From: Vicugna vicugna | Taxonomy: Eukaryota | Direction: 5' to 3' | DNA length: 62,061 nucleotides | NCBI GenBank assembly: GCA_013265495.1 | Contig: MU057597.1 | Location: 458,563-520,623, forward strand | In this document: positions 40,426 through 54,244 of the stretch, one piece after another | How positions within the stretch are numbered: the first letter of the stretch is position 1 | Layout: each line of letters begins with the position of its first letter | Made by a program: the position numbers and the translations under genes | Notes under the pieces: generated by a model | Told to the model about the DNA's origin: nothing | Database searches by the model: none | The model's input: the letters and a program-made list of their open reading frames with translations, nothing else

Positions 40426-41809
40426 GTTCAAACTGACCAAAAAAACTGTTAGAGGGTGAATATATGAGCTATCAAAAAAGTTCTCATTATCTGTTCATTC
40501 TAAAGAGGACACTCATGAACACTGATCCTTTCAAATTATCTCCCTGAGTGCTCCAAGCACAAAAGTAGGCTGTTATCTTTACCTTTACTTCTGAAATGCT
40601 GTTAGATTTTCTTCTATTTTTCATATGCTTACTATATTTCTATTTTCATTTCAAGTAAAGGTACAGTCCATGAGTCTAACTTTGCTTCCCCCCACAAAAG
40701 GCATGTAGAAATATAATCATATTGTGTGTACCCATGAGTGGAGAGGCAGGTACTAGGGCAGGGAAAGAATCTGAATTTCCATTAGTATGGTATTTTTATT
40801 AGAGCCACAGAAATAATCTAGGATACATCATGGAGCATGTAACTGAAATGCAAGTTATGAATATACATTTTCAAAATTGTAAGTTGTCTGAATCTAACGT
40901 GAGAACAGACTGTTACAGACGCCCTTCAATCTAAAGAGCCAAATAACGTATTATTAGGGCTCATCTATTCTCTGCCACTCCCCATGCTCTCCAGTGTATG
41001 CCATGCTGTATCTTAAAATTGTCCTAGTTTTTCTAGGTCACCTGGATATGGATAAACCCCACCTAATGAGGTAGGTCCTTTCACCTTACCGACCCCTTCC
41101 CTGAGACCGTCATGGTGATGAATGAAAAGCATGTAATGAAACTATTACATCAACCGGCTTCAAACTTCAGGCTGCATGTCATCAACAGTAATGTAGCCCT
41201 TTCAAGAAACCTCAAATAACGGAATAAAAAAATTTTACAACCTGAAGGTAATTAAACCTTCCCACCGAAGTCCTTGCTACATCAACAGATGTAGGTTCCC
41301 CAGTATAAATTTTCTTATGTGTAGTCCATTGAGAGCAGTGGTTGGACAGTTTACCACCTTCATGTCATTTGTCATGTTTCTGTCCAGTATGAATTCTGTG
41401 TGGTATATCCCGAGGTCGCTGCTTAAAGGTCTTGACACCTTTATGTAAGTTTCTACCTTATATGAATTCTTTCACGACCACAGAGGTATATATCTTTGAT
41501 AAAGCTGATCAGTCATTACTTTTGTATGGTTTCTCTCTAGTAAGAATTCTGTTATGTTCCACAAGGCTTAAACTTTGCAGAACCTTTGCCATACATTACA
41601 GTTGTGTGGTTCCTCTCAAAAGATGTCTATTCTGACACTGAATGAGCGTGGGGCCTGGGTAGACTTTGCCACATCTGTACGTTTTATGTGATTTCTCTCC
41701 TTGATGGGGTCTCTAACTTTAAGGCTTCAACACTTACCTAAGTTTTATCTCAGTCACTGCATTTGTAAGGCTTCTTCCTACCATGAATTCTCTGATGATC
41801 CCCAAAGCT

Positions 41810-43860
41810 TCAGCTTTTAATAAAAGCATTGCCACATATGTCAGGTTTATAATGCTTCTTTTCAGTATGTATTTTCTGATGTCTAGCAAGGTTTGCAAAT
41901 TGGGTAAAAGCTCTGCCACACTCAAGACATTTGTAAGGTTTTTCACCTGTGTGAATTATCCTATGTCGATTAAGATGGGAACGATCTGTAAATGCTTTGC
42001 CACACTCATTACATTCATGAGACTTCTCTCCTGTGTGTGTTCTCTCATGATGCCAAAGCTGTGAATTCTGCATAAAAGCTTTATCACATTTATTACATTT
42101 GTAAGGTCTTTCTCCTGTATGAATTCTCTGATGTGCCATAAGGCTTGAATGTTGGATAAAAGCCTTGCCACACACATTACATTTGAAAAGTTCCTCTCCA
42201 GTATGAGTCCTCTCATGACCCCAAGGTTGTGAATGCTGGGGAAGGGCCTTGCAGCACACGTCACATTTGTAAGGTTTCTCTCCGGTATGGGTTCTCTCAT
42301 GATCACAAAGCTGTGAATGGTGGATAAAAGCCTTGAGACACACATTACATTTATTTGGGTTCTTTCCAGTATGCCTTCTCTGATGCCTACTAAGACTTGA
42401 AACTTGGGTGAAAGCTTTGCCACACTCATCGCATTTGTAAGGTTTCTCTCCAGTATGGATTGTCTTATGTTGATTAAGATTTGAATGTTTTGTGAAGGCT
42501 TTGCCACACTCAATACACAGATAAGGTTTCTCTCCAGTATGGATTCTCATATGTTGAGTAAGGATTGACCGCACAGGAAAGGCTTTGCCACATTCATTAC
42601 ACTTGTAAGGTTTCTCACCAGTGTGAATTTTCTCATGAATCCAAAGGAGTGAACGCTGAATAAATGACCTACCACATTCACTACATTTGTAAGGTTTCTC
42701 CCCAGTATGCAGCCTCTGATGACTTGCAAGGATTGAATTTCGACTAAAGACCTTGCCACAGACATCACATTTATATGGTTTCTCTCCTGTATGGATTATC
42801 TGATGGTTCCTTAGGGCTGAATGCACACTAAATGCTTTGCCGCACTCATGACATTTGTAAGGTTTCTCTCCAGTATGGGTTATCTTATGCTGAGTAAGGT
42901 TAGAACGCTTCCTAAAGGCCTTTCCACACTCAATACATAGGTAAGGTTTCTCTCCACTGTGGATTCTCTTATGTTGAGTAAGGCTTGAGCGCTTCCTAAA
43001 GGCTTTGCCACATTCATTACATCTGTAAGATTTCTCTCCAAAATGCATTGTCTGATGACTACCCAGGATTGATTTTCGACTAAAGACCTTGCCACAGACA
43101 TCACATGTATATGCTTTCTCTCTTGTATGGATTATCTGATGTCGAGAGAGGTTTGAGCGCTGATTAAAGGTTTTGCCACACTCTTTACAGTTGTAAGGTT
43201 TCTCTCCAGTATGAATTCTCTGATGACAGGCAAGGTGTGAATTTCGACTAAACACCTTGCCACATACATCACAATTATATGGTTTCTCTCCCGTATGGAT
43301 TAACTGATGTCTACTGAGGTTTGAGCCATAAGGAAAGGTTTTGCCACATTCATTACATTTGTAAGGTTTTTCCTTGTATGCCTTCTGGTCTTGTGTCGGT
43401 ACTGAAGGGGGCATAAAGTCATCCCCATATATATTAGAAATGCTGGTGTGCACACTAGGAGGAGTTCTTTGAAGTGGTGAAGCTGAGGCACTACTGTTGA
43501 TCGATTTCACAGCTTGATCACATTCAAAAATTTTCTCTTCACTTTGAAATATCTGTAGTTCATCATGAAAGCTTAATGCAAGCTTACTTTCAATAGGTTT
43601 GTTTCCTGTATCCCTTCTACCATGTTGATCTCTTCTGTCAGTGAGATTTTTGTTATGGGTTATGGGCATTCCTTTGTCGTTTCTTTCATCATCTCTCCAC
43701 TGACACTCAAAGACATGTATGTTTTCCTGGATTTCTCTGAAGTAAAAGTCTCTGATTTCACTGCTTTTATGTCTTCCCAGCATCACTGTTTGGAATTCTT
43801 CTCCTGTATCACTGTTTGCCTTTGGTTTTAATTTCTTGATCACATGTATATGAGAGATAG
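41810..43860 (-). CDS. Gene C terminal exon: spacer plus 18 C2H2 fingers (ZNF677/ZNF665/ZNF160-group paralogue)
   Basis: Acceptor ttgtag|CT at 43861/43860 (phase 1); uninterrupted frame to TGA 41812-41810; 18 fingers with all Zn ligands. Spliced with 54230-54244 and 52432-52558 it gives 2193 nt = 730 aa. Confidence 0.95.
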
Positions 43861-45834
43861 CTACAAAATATAAAGAACCATAGGTATCCTATTAATTACA
43901 GATCATAAATAAATATTTCATGTTGAAAATGTGATATTACACCAAAGGTAACACTTAATCCTGGGCAGTCATAAAACTTCCCAACTGTGATCTTCAAATT
44001 TTTAGACACACTCAAGAAATAGGATTCTTTATTAAAGAAAGAATAATCACATGTAATTCTAATCTTAGGGTAGCCTAGTCAAACACCCTATGACAAAAAC
44101 ACACATGTTGTAAAAACGTATGTTAGCTCTCAAAGAAAGGGTATTTCCCACTATGACCTCAAAGCACAAACCGTTCGGCAGTAAACACACTGCTATCTCA
44201 TAACTGAAGAGAAAAAAGCGATTCTACCTATTTTCTGCATAACTATTGTACATAAATACTAAAGAACAGACAATGTATTGTCATGGCAAATAATCCAAAA
44301 TAAAGCTATCTCATGAGTAATCCAAATACCTGGCAGGTTAGAATTGCAAAACCATTACAGCACTGAGAAAATAAATTTATAAAAAAATTGATCTTGTTAC
44401 ATGTTACAAATCCACCTGTACCCTTTGAGACTAGGCATTTTACAACATCAGTAAGTGGTGTGTGTCTGATACGTCGCAAGATACACGCTGAAAGGTCATC
44501 TGTAAATCACAGCACAAACTGAGAAATAAAATATTCTAGTAAATCGTGATAAAACCAGCATAAGTAAGTAACCATATTATAGAAAATATACTCTGTGGAA
44601 CTCTAAATATTCCCCCCCAAGAATAAAGGAAGGATTTATATTCTAGAAGGAGCACACAAAGTGAGAGCCTGGAAATATGTTGAAATCACTGACTTCTGCA
44701 ATATCATGTCAAGAAAACACATAACGTTATAAAGAAGAATTGGAGAAAGAAGTCAGAAGGCACAAGTATGATTTCATGACGGCAGCTACGCCACAGTCAA
44801 TTAATACCGATATTCTACTCTATGGGTGACCAAAATACTGTCCTCGGAAGAAAGAAAGAACCGGCAAGTAGCACAATACTGTCCCATTTTAAACTACTGC
44901 AATTATACTGACTATGAGGCAAAAACAGAAGAGCCTTAAAAATGGAGAGAGTGTGATGTTACAGGGAGAAAGCAGGTTTACATCTATTAGAGCACATGCT
45001 GAGAAATTTACTAAACTGAGCATCTCATGAGTTCCACTTCCAGGCATATATTCAACATACAGAGATACTCCAGGATACCTGCAAGAATGTTCCTAGCAGG
45101 ACATGGAAGAAAAACCAAGAAAGCGCCATCAAGAGGACATGGATGAGTTTCTTGTATACACACACATGCAGATACATGTAACCTTATCAATAGTAGCAAA
45201 ATAAGGTGACCATGATTTCAAAATGATGATTTCCTGGTTAGGTGCCCAGAGAATTTGGAGAAACCAAGTCAGCAGAAGGCATTTACTAAGGTCTGAGAAT
45301 TTAAAGATGTGAACATGTTAGTTAAAAAATAAAATAATTTTACTAAATAAAACACTACTTAAATATTTTTAAAAAGAAATTTAACAATTTTGTTAAGTAA
45401 ACTTTTTAGGATAAGAAACTCTTTGTTTGGTATTAAATATAACAGTGCCCCTTTTTCTGGGGTCTCTAATTACTTGAACTCATATAATGTATTTCTCAAC
45501 ACAATTTTTGCCATATAAAAGACATGAGGAGTGATGTCAGCAAGAGAGCAGACCAGTGAACTCCAGGCAATGAGTCCCAAATGGCGACACCAAATTAACA
45601 AGAATAGAAGACCACACACACACAAAAAAACCCTTTGGGGAAACTCTATAAACCAGTAATGAAGCTGCAGCTCTCCACCAAATGCCCTACCCCAAAATAC
45701 TCAACTGAAGTGTCAGAAAGTTCCTAATTTGTGTGCCTTTGACTCACTTGCTCCCCAGCACACTGCCGAGAGACAGAGCAGGAGAAAGCTTCCCAATTCC
45801 CACTCCTTCCTTAGGAGGACATGCAAATCACAAT

Positions 45835-46700
45835 CGCTATGAGCGTATCACCTCACACCTGTCAGGATGACGATCATCAAAAAGACAAGAGACAACAGGC
45901 ACTGGGGAGGGTGTGGAGAAAAGGGAACCCAGTGCAGCGCTGGTGGGAGTGTAAATTGGTGAGGCCACTACAGAAAAGAGCATGAATGTTCCCCAAAATA
46001 TTACAAAACAAACAAACAAACCCAAAACTACCATACAGTATATATGGCAGTCCCATTTCTGGGTATGTAATAAAAGGAAAAGAAATCACTATCTCAAAGA
46101 GATACTGAAGGCCCATGTTGTTGCAGCATTATTTACAACAGCCTAGACACGGAAATAACCTAAGTGCCCAAGAGTATATAAATAAATTTTAAAATGTTAC
46201 CCACACAATGGAATATTATTTAGTGATAAAAAATAAGTAAATCCTGCTGTCTGTACCAACATGGACAGACCTTCAGGGCATTATGCTAAGTGCAATACGT
46301 CAGCAGAGAAATACAAATACACCGTGACCTCACTTGTATCACATATATGTGGAATCTTAAAACATAAACAAAGGCAAAACAATTAGAAAAAGAGTAGAAT
46401 AGTGGTTGCAAGGGCTGAAGATTGGCAGTTCTGGTTATAAGGTAAGTTCAAGGAATCTAACATACAGCATGGTGACTATAGTTAACATTATATTATATTA
46501 TATTATATACTTGAATTTGTTAATAAGACAGTAGACGTTAAATGTTCTTACCACACACACACACAGATGTAATTATGTGAACTGATGGATGTGTTAACCA
46601 AGCCGTGGTAATTATTTAGCAATATATATGTATATCAAATCATCACTCTGTACTCTAAATTCACACCATGTTAATTCTATGTCAATAAAGGTGGAAAAAG
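45835..46700 (+). mobile_element. L1 3' end (L1MA-like), antisense in a gene C intron
   Basis: tatcacctcacacctgtcaggatg, tgtggagaaaagggaaccc, atacagcatggtgactatagttaac, tcaataaaggtggaaaaa. Confidence 0.85.
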
Positions 46701-46849
46701 AGAAAATATAAAGGAATGCACAAAAGAGATCCCAGTTTGTCATGTAAATAAGAAGAATTAAAAAAAAAAAAAAAAGCAGAGAAGAGAAAGGAGGAAAAAG
46801 AAAAACTGGGGAAAAAAAGATCCCAGAAGAACAAAATACAGCCAAAGCT

Positions 46850-48330
46850 ACAGAAGGAAGGGAATAAGAATAAGATTAAAGGTAAAGGGACTTGAGAATA
46901 AAAAAACTACAGACAATCACAAAACTAAAAGTTTTGTTCTTTGAAAACACACAAAATTTATGGAGTGAGATTAAGAAAAAATTGGAAGACTTAAACAGCT
47001 AAAATCAGAAATAAAAGGGGGAACATTACAAATGATTACAACTGATTGTACAGAAATCAAAAGGACTGTAAGAGCATACTATGAAAATTCCATGTGTAAA
47101 TAAATACTGGATAACCAAGGAGAAATGGATAAATTTTTGGCAACACAACCTCTGAAGACTGAACAATGAAGGAATACAAAAACTGAGACTTATACCTAGT
47201 AAGGAGACTGAATGACTAATCAAAAACCATTCAACGGAGGAAAGCCAGATAGCTTCACTGCTGATTTCTACCCAACATTTAAAAACAATTAACACCAATC
47301 TTCCTCAAACACTTCCAAAAAACCCTGAAACTCCAAACTCATTCTATGAGGCTAGAATTACTGTACATACTAAAGCAGAAAAAGACACTACAAGAGAACC
47401 AGACGAGTACTTCTGATGAATACTGATTAAAAAATCACAAATAAAGTGACAGAAAACAAACTCTACCACGACCAAGGGGGATTTATTTCTGGAATGCAGA
47501 CGGTCCAACATATAAAGACTTCAAATCAATTCAATTCAATTCTGCAAATTAATAGAATGAAAGAGAAAAAAGCTACACGACCATCTCAATTGACACAGGA
47601 AAATCATTTGACAAAAGTTAAAAACACTCAATAAAGTGGAATACAAAACAACTACCTTGGCACAAGAAAGGACATATATTAAATGCTCACAGCTAACATA
47701 CTCAAGGTTGAAAGATTGAAAGCTTTTCCTCCAAAATCAGGAATGAGACAATGATACATGTTCTCACTATCTGTATAAACATACTATAAAAAAAAATTAT
47801 TAGAAGTCCTAGCTAGAATAGGCAGAAAAAGAAATGAAAGGTATCCAGATGGAAAAAGGAAAGAAAATTATGTTTTCAGCTGACATGATCTGAAAAGGAG
47901 AAAATCTTGAAGATTACACACACACACACACACACAAAACCCTGCTAGAACTAGTGAATGAATTCAGAAAAGTTGCAAGATATAATATCAACATATAAAA
48001 ATCAATTGTGTTTTTATACATTAATGATGAACAGTCTGAAAGAAAATGGAGAAAACAATTCTACTTGCAATAGCACCAAAGAATAAACACTTAGGTACAA
48101 CCTTAGCAAAGAAGATTTGTATACTGTAAACTAAAAACATTGCTGAAAAGTATTAGAAAAGACACAAATAAATGCAAAGGTATCCCAAGTTCATGGACTG
48201 GAAGACAATATTGTCAGGATGCCAACACTACCCAAAGCGATTAACATACTCAACTGAATACCTAGCAATATTCCAAGCGTTTCTTATAGAAATAGATAAA
48301 TCATCCTAAGGTGCATATAAAATCTCAATC
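46850..48330 (+). mobile_element. Degenerate L1 ORF2 fragment
   Basis: gagaaatggataaatttttgg, ccaaactcattctatgaggc, tgaatgaattcagaaaagttgcaagata. Confidence 0.8.
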
Positions 48331-48990
48331 CCAAGTCCAGGATGTCACCTGGGCTTCTGACCAATAGCCTACCGACCAGAGGTTCCAGCTATTTGTCAAG
48401 AATGTCTCATAGAACTCAGAGAAACATTTTATTTGCTAGATCGCCAGTTTATCATAAAGGATGTAACTCAGGAACAGCCAGATGGAGGAGACGCATGCGG
48501 CAAGGTATGGGGAAAGGGTTTGGAGTTTCCATGCCTTCCCCCAGTTCACCAATCTCCTGAAATCTGTGTTCTCCAACCTGAAAGCTCTCAGAATCCTCTC
48601 CTTTTGGATTTTCATGGAGGCTTTATCACACAGGTGTGGCTGATTAAATCAGTGACCACTGGTGAGTAAGCACGATCTCCAACACCTCTTTCCTCCAGGA
48701 AATCAGGGGTTAGACTGAAAGCTCCAACCTTCTAATCACACAGCTGGCTCCCCCTAGCAACCAGCCCCCTGTCTTTAGGGAATTTCCAAAAGTCACTTTA
48801 TTATCATAAACTCAGTTGTGACTGAAAGGGGTTTGTTAGGAAGAACAAGACACCCATTTTAGCTTCATGGCTCTGAAGTAATTTCAGAGACTGAGGACAA
48901 AACACCAAATATTCTAACAAAAGATGCTCCCACTGGTCTTATCGCTCAGGAAATTCCAAGGGTTTTGAGAGCTCTGTGCAGAAATGGGGA
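48330..48990 (-). mobile_element. MER21-like LTR
   Basis: gaactcagagaaaca...gaacagccagatggaggaga...ccttttggattttcatggaggc...aggaaattccaagggttttgagagctctgtgc. Confidence 0.8.
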
Positions 48991-48999
48991 AGAGGGTGC

Positions 49000-49132
49000 T
49001 CCTCAGAAACAAACCACGCTGGCACCCAGATCTGACTTCCAGGCTCCAGAACTCTGAGAAATACACTTCTGTTGTTACCAAGCCACCCAGTCTATGGAAC
49101 TTTGTTACAGGAATATGGCAGAAACTGACTAA
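49000..49132 (+). mobile_element. MaLR (MLT1/MST) LTR 3' fragment, followed by an L1 3' end to ~49500
   Basis: gacttccaggctccagaactctgagaaatacacttctgttgt...aagccacccagtctatggaactttgttacag...aaactgactaaga. Confidence 0.75.
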
Positions 49133-51813
49133 GAGAACTATGATCTAGCAACTTCATTTCCTGGTATTCGTAACAAAGAAACTGAAAGCAGGATCTGGAA
49201 GAGATCTGCATACCCATATTCACAGAAACATTATTTCCAGTAGCTAAGAGGTGGAAGCAACTCAAAAGTCCACTGATGGATGAATGCACAAAAAAAGCAG
49301 GTTGGATATTCAGCCAAAAAAAAAAAAAGACTCACATCCTATCATTTGCTACAACATGGATGAAACTTGAGGATGTTACGTTAAATTAAATACGCCAGTC
49401 AAAAAAATACTGTATGAATCAATTTATGTGAGGTATCAAAAATAGTCAATTTCATGGAAACAAAGTGTTTGCTAGGGGCTGCTGAGAGGAGTTAAAGAGG
49501 GAGAAATCAAGTGAGTTTAAATACTCACTGTCATCAATTGAATCTATATTCAAACAACCAGTCAAAGGTGGTATATTTTTTAACTCTTCTAAGCTCAAAT
49601 GATGTAAAACGTTATGAAAGTTATTTGACACAATAAATAAAGAGTCAAGAGGTCAGGGGTGCTCCTACTGTTAATGCTGTGTATTAGCAGATACACAATT
49701 ATGAATCAATGATAATGCAAAGTTTCATCCAAAATGCATAAATACGACTTCATAAATATCATGAGAACGAAAGTAATCTTATGGAGAAAATAAGCGGGGA
49801 AGGACCTGTATTAATTGGCACTGTAAGCAGCAGCAGTTTCGGGCAGACACATTTTCTGGCCGTGGCGTGAGGCCAATGGAGGGGATCCACGTGCAGAGAC
49901 GCAGAGAACAACGTCCACGGCAGACAAGCCCGAGCACAACAGTCAGCCCCAGCAGGTGGGACAGCAGGGACCAGGTGCACTGTACATGCAGTTCACAGAA
50001 ACAAAGATGGGGGACAAGACAGTCCTCCTGTGTTCACTCAGGGTGCAATTTCCAGAACTTTAGACTTTGCAGGAAATAAGAGGTGTTAGAAACAACAGTG
50101 GAGAAGTTCAGTAAGTACCAGAAATGAGTTAAGCTTCCTGTAAGATACAATGATATATACAAGTATCAATTCAGCATATCGACATGGACAGGATAGATCT
50201 AGACAGGGAGCATAATTATTAGAATATAGCAGTCATGCCCCAAAATACTCAGAGAAATTTACACAAAACTCAAGAAATTGTGTATAGAAAATTGAAAACA
50301 TACAATAGAAAAAACAATGAATTTTATATAACAGATTATGGCAAGCCAACTTAATGGTATTTCTGGGATTAAGAATGACAATAAAAATATATATATTCTC
50401 AAGATATTAAAAATTCCCAATATAAAAATGGTAATAACTTTAATTTGGAAAGTGTAACTTAATATTTGATACTAAGCTAGGGAAAAAGAAGTAGAAGGAA
50501 TTAATATGCTTTCAAAATTTTCTGGACCAAGTGTAGGATTTAGGGAAACTACTGCTAACCCACACCCTCAACTCAAAAGGCAATACCGTAAAATAAAGAA
50601 TACAACACCAACTCCCCCATTCCTCCTCCCACACACTGCAAATATGAAACAAAGACTGAGAGTACCATGAAACATACGGACCTGATGATGAAATAAATAA
50701 AAGTCAAGTTCATTCATAACACATAGAAATGTACAGGATGAAAGCGGCGGGGGCTTACACACAACAAATTTCGGTACTTCATTCGGCAGCAAGCAACTTC
50801 CTGAATTCCCTCACTAAGAGGCTTCAAGATAATATTTGTTGAGGTAGAGTGAACAATGGCACACACAGGGGTTAACAACTGTGGTACAGACAACAGTTTA
50901 ACTAGCCAACAGCCTCAGAGATAGGAGGAAGTGAACTTGAAAAATGCTGTCCCTACCAGAAATTCCCGTATTATTTATCGTGGCACAAAGGGGATGATCA
51001 TTAACATATGTGGACAGCACTGCCATGGTGCCCTTGAGAGATGCTTTTGTGACACTCCTCCAAACTGTGAAGATTACTGAAAACACCTATTAGTCAGGCT
51101 CTCCTGACGCCTTCTATCCCAGTATCCTGGGACACGCTGACCACTCTAAGTGGCTTCAAGTGGTGCTTCCGAATATAGTAGGACAACACTGCCAACACAT
51201 GAATGAAAGTATTCTCCATCAGAAATTTTGTTACCAAGTAAACCTGCTCCATAGAAGTCCACCAGAAATCATTCATTACCTAAAGGTGGATTATCACAGC
51301 AAAAAAAAAAAAAAAAAGATAACATTTCAGACCCGAGGAATGTGTTTTCCCATCTCCTGATTAAGTCTTCCAAGTTCAGCAAATGGGGATGGAACCGGGA
51401 TCAGTCCAGGGGTTAAGACTGTGGAGGTGCCAACTCTGATCAATATGGACTAAGAACCGAGCATCTCTAATGGAATCAAGAACAGAAAGAGAGACCAAAG
51501 GGAAAAGAGACCCTTTGAAACAGCCCATCCCGTGCTCCTCAAAGTCAAGGAACCAAAGAGTTCCCAGGGGCCGGATGATGTTATGACGACCATGGTAAAG
51601 ACTTTGTCTTTGTCTGTGTTGGAGCTGCAGCACCACTGGAGGGTGAAAAGATAAATTTTACATGTTGAGGACAGAGTGATAAATAGGGGAGAAGAAAAAT
51701 TTTCTCTAGGAGTTCACAAGAAATAAACTTCTGTTTTCCCACAGAACTCTTCCACTTGAGGAAAGTTCCCAAACACTATTCATGATACGGTTTCCACTCT
51801 TTCTGAGTCTGAC

Positions 51814-51949
51814 CTGTGTTCGCACCTTTGATACATTCTTACCCATTTGGCTGGGGTTTTTTTTGGTATTTTCATTGCATTCTCCAGAGTCCAGAGCTCT
51901 TTCCCTGGCTCCAAAACAGAGTTAATAGTCACAAGAGAAACAGAAATTA
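51814..51949 (-). pseudogene. Degenerate KRAB-B exon of gene C
   Basis: ISVSLVTINSVLEPGKELWTLENAMKIP...; donor acag|gtcag intact at 51814/51813, acceptor AG lost (ataattactaatttct versus ataagcaggaatttct in gene B). Confidence 0.75.
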
Positions 51950-52414
51950 GTAATTATAAAAATGAAAATAAAAAAGAACATGGTGTACTGTGGCATTTGC
52001 AGAATCCCAGCTCCTTGTTCAGCTGAGAAGTGAGGACATCACAGATGGGTCTGAAAGACATTTCACAAATTCACCTACTGCCTCCTTCCTTCTGAATGCA
52101 TAGGGGACAGTATAATATATAGATATCTAGCTTTCTTCTAAAAACAACTGAATCAAAAGCACAGGGGTAGAAAGCAGGGAATTCAATATTTTTAAAGTTT
52201 GCCATTTGTAATACTTTAGCTCTGGAACAACTCTTAGTATATCATGAAGTGGGCAGACGCCCTGAAGAAAAGCAAGTTTAAACTCCTGATGTTGAACCAA
52301 GAAGCTTTTCATGTCTGAGTCAACGGAGCTTTGAGCGCAGTCAAGCAAAACGGGGGCTCCCAAGAGGCACACAGGGAAAATGCAAAGACACCCAAGGGCA
52401 GATTCCAACTTCTA

Positions 52415-52603
<189 letters not shown>

Positions 52604-53849
52604 TTATCGTCACACAAAATGAGGAGAGGCTCACTGGGTTGAAGAGTGTGTTCTGACAGACCCACGTAAAGATATGCTGAGCAAGTTACGTGCCTGAAAT
52701 GTTAATTTCTTTGCTTCCGTAAGAGATTACGACATCCTCCAAGTAAGTGTGGATCGCTGATTTTTGTGGACAATACATGAAATATACAAGTAAGAGCGCA
52801 ACACAGACTGTACACAGGAGTGTTAGATGTTCTGTTCCACACACCGAGTGATATTCAGTATGCAGATAAGCTAGCACATGAGTGGTGTCTTCGGAGATGA
52901 CTAAGTCCACAGTGGCTTTAAAGAAAGATCAGGATCCTAAAATTGTGATGAGGATAACAAGAGCAATGACGAAGTGCGTCTGAACACTTCCTGTGCGCTA
53001 AGCATCACTCTTACTATGTTACATACATTAACTCAACATTGTATGTAATTAACTTAAATATTATTGAGGTTGGGCCCCAAACATAACAGCTCATCAGAGA
53101 AAGATCTGTTCCCACCTTACCAAGGAGAAAACTGGGTCACAGACACTCGTAAGAAACTCACCTCAGATCAGATAGCTAAGAAATGACATAGTAAGCACCT
53201 GAATGCAGGTAGTCAGCCTTCAGAATCGAAACTAAAGAATCAAAAAGTTAAGTAGAGCATTAAAAGTACACTGACAGAGGGTTCCCTGAGAAAAGCTGAA
53301 ACAAGTCCTAGGTTAACAACATGCAAATGCATGAAAAATGATTATCTATGCCTACATACACATCTACACATGTTACCATTCTTACTACTAAATGATTCGT
53401 GTGATGGATATAATTTCAATTGCTAAAAAATAGAAAACTTATTTATAAAATGATGTCTTTTATAAAAAACATGGACTTGCACATCCATGAACTCAGGCAC
53501 ATACATGTATTTTTTATTTTTAGGCACACACGTGTAAACACACAATTCACTAGAGTAGCTGTCTCTCAACATGTTTTCGATTTTTAAAATTATCATTTTT
53601 ATTCAGATGCATTTCAGCATCTGTGGGACAATGAAAATGTACAAACTGGTACTTAATTTAGTTTGTCAACATTCTTCTATTGTAGGCTAGCAAAAACCTG
53701 GTACAAACACAAACAAATGTATAATACTTTAATCTCTAGAAAATACATATATTCAAAAATATAAATACAATTTTATCCATTTAAATTTAGATATGTAGTT
53801 AATAACAAGAGCTAAAGAGAGTTTATTTCACTAGCAAAATATTGATTCA

Positions 53850-54007
53850 ATATATACAAGATCTTGTGATAGCACACAGCAAAAAAAAATGTAACAATGA
53901 ATATATGTATGTTCATGTATAACTGAAAAATTGTGCTCTACACAGGAATTTGACACATTGTAAAATGACTGTAACAATAAAAAATGTTAAAAAAAGTAAA
54001 AAAAAAC
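53850..54007 (+). mobile_element. Very short 3' fragment of the same young L1 family as 28232-28961
   Basis: acaagatcttgtg...caatgaatatatgtatgttcatgtataactgaaaaa...ctctacacaggaatttgacac is near-identical to 28750-28870; A-rich tail. Confidence 0.85.
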
Positions 54008-54229
54008 AAAGTTGGAAAGGTTATTAGTGGTATATATTAATATAACAGATTAAGAAAAAAATCATCAAAATAGAGGTGAAAAATTCTTGGATAATTAAAA
54101 ATCCTGACAAAAAGAATATTGAAAGAAAACTTTTATTGAGCAAGAACATACTTCATAGAAGACCGGCAAATTCAAAGAAGGGCATTTCAGGAAGGACTGA
54201 TGAAACAATCAACTAAAAATATGAGTTAC

Positions 54230-54244
54230 CTGAGAAAGAGCCAT
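54230..54244 (-). CDS. First coding segment of gene C (MALSQ); exon spans 54230-54320
   Basis: ATG GCT CTT TCT CAG|gtaact; acceptor tttcag|GATTGAC at 54321/54320; in-frame upstream ATG at 54301. Confidence 0.9.

Noticed and set aside
41810..43370. 84-bp periodicity resembling a CRISPR or satellite array
   Set aside because: Coding C2H2 finger repeats in a eukaryotic gene.
41956..43491. Alternative-frame ORFs over the finger arrays (ILERNLTNV..., also 2848-3486 and 14366-14659)
   Set aside because: Shadow frames of C2H2 repeats.
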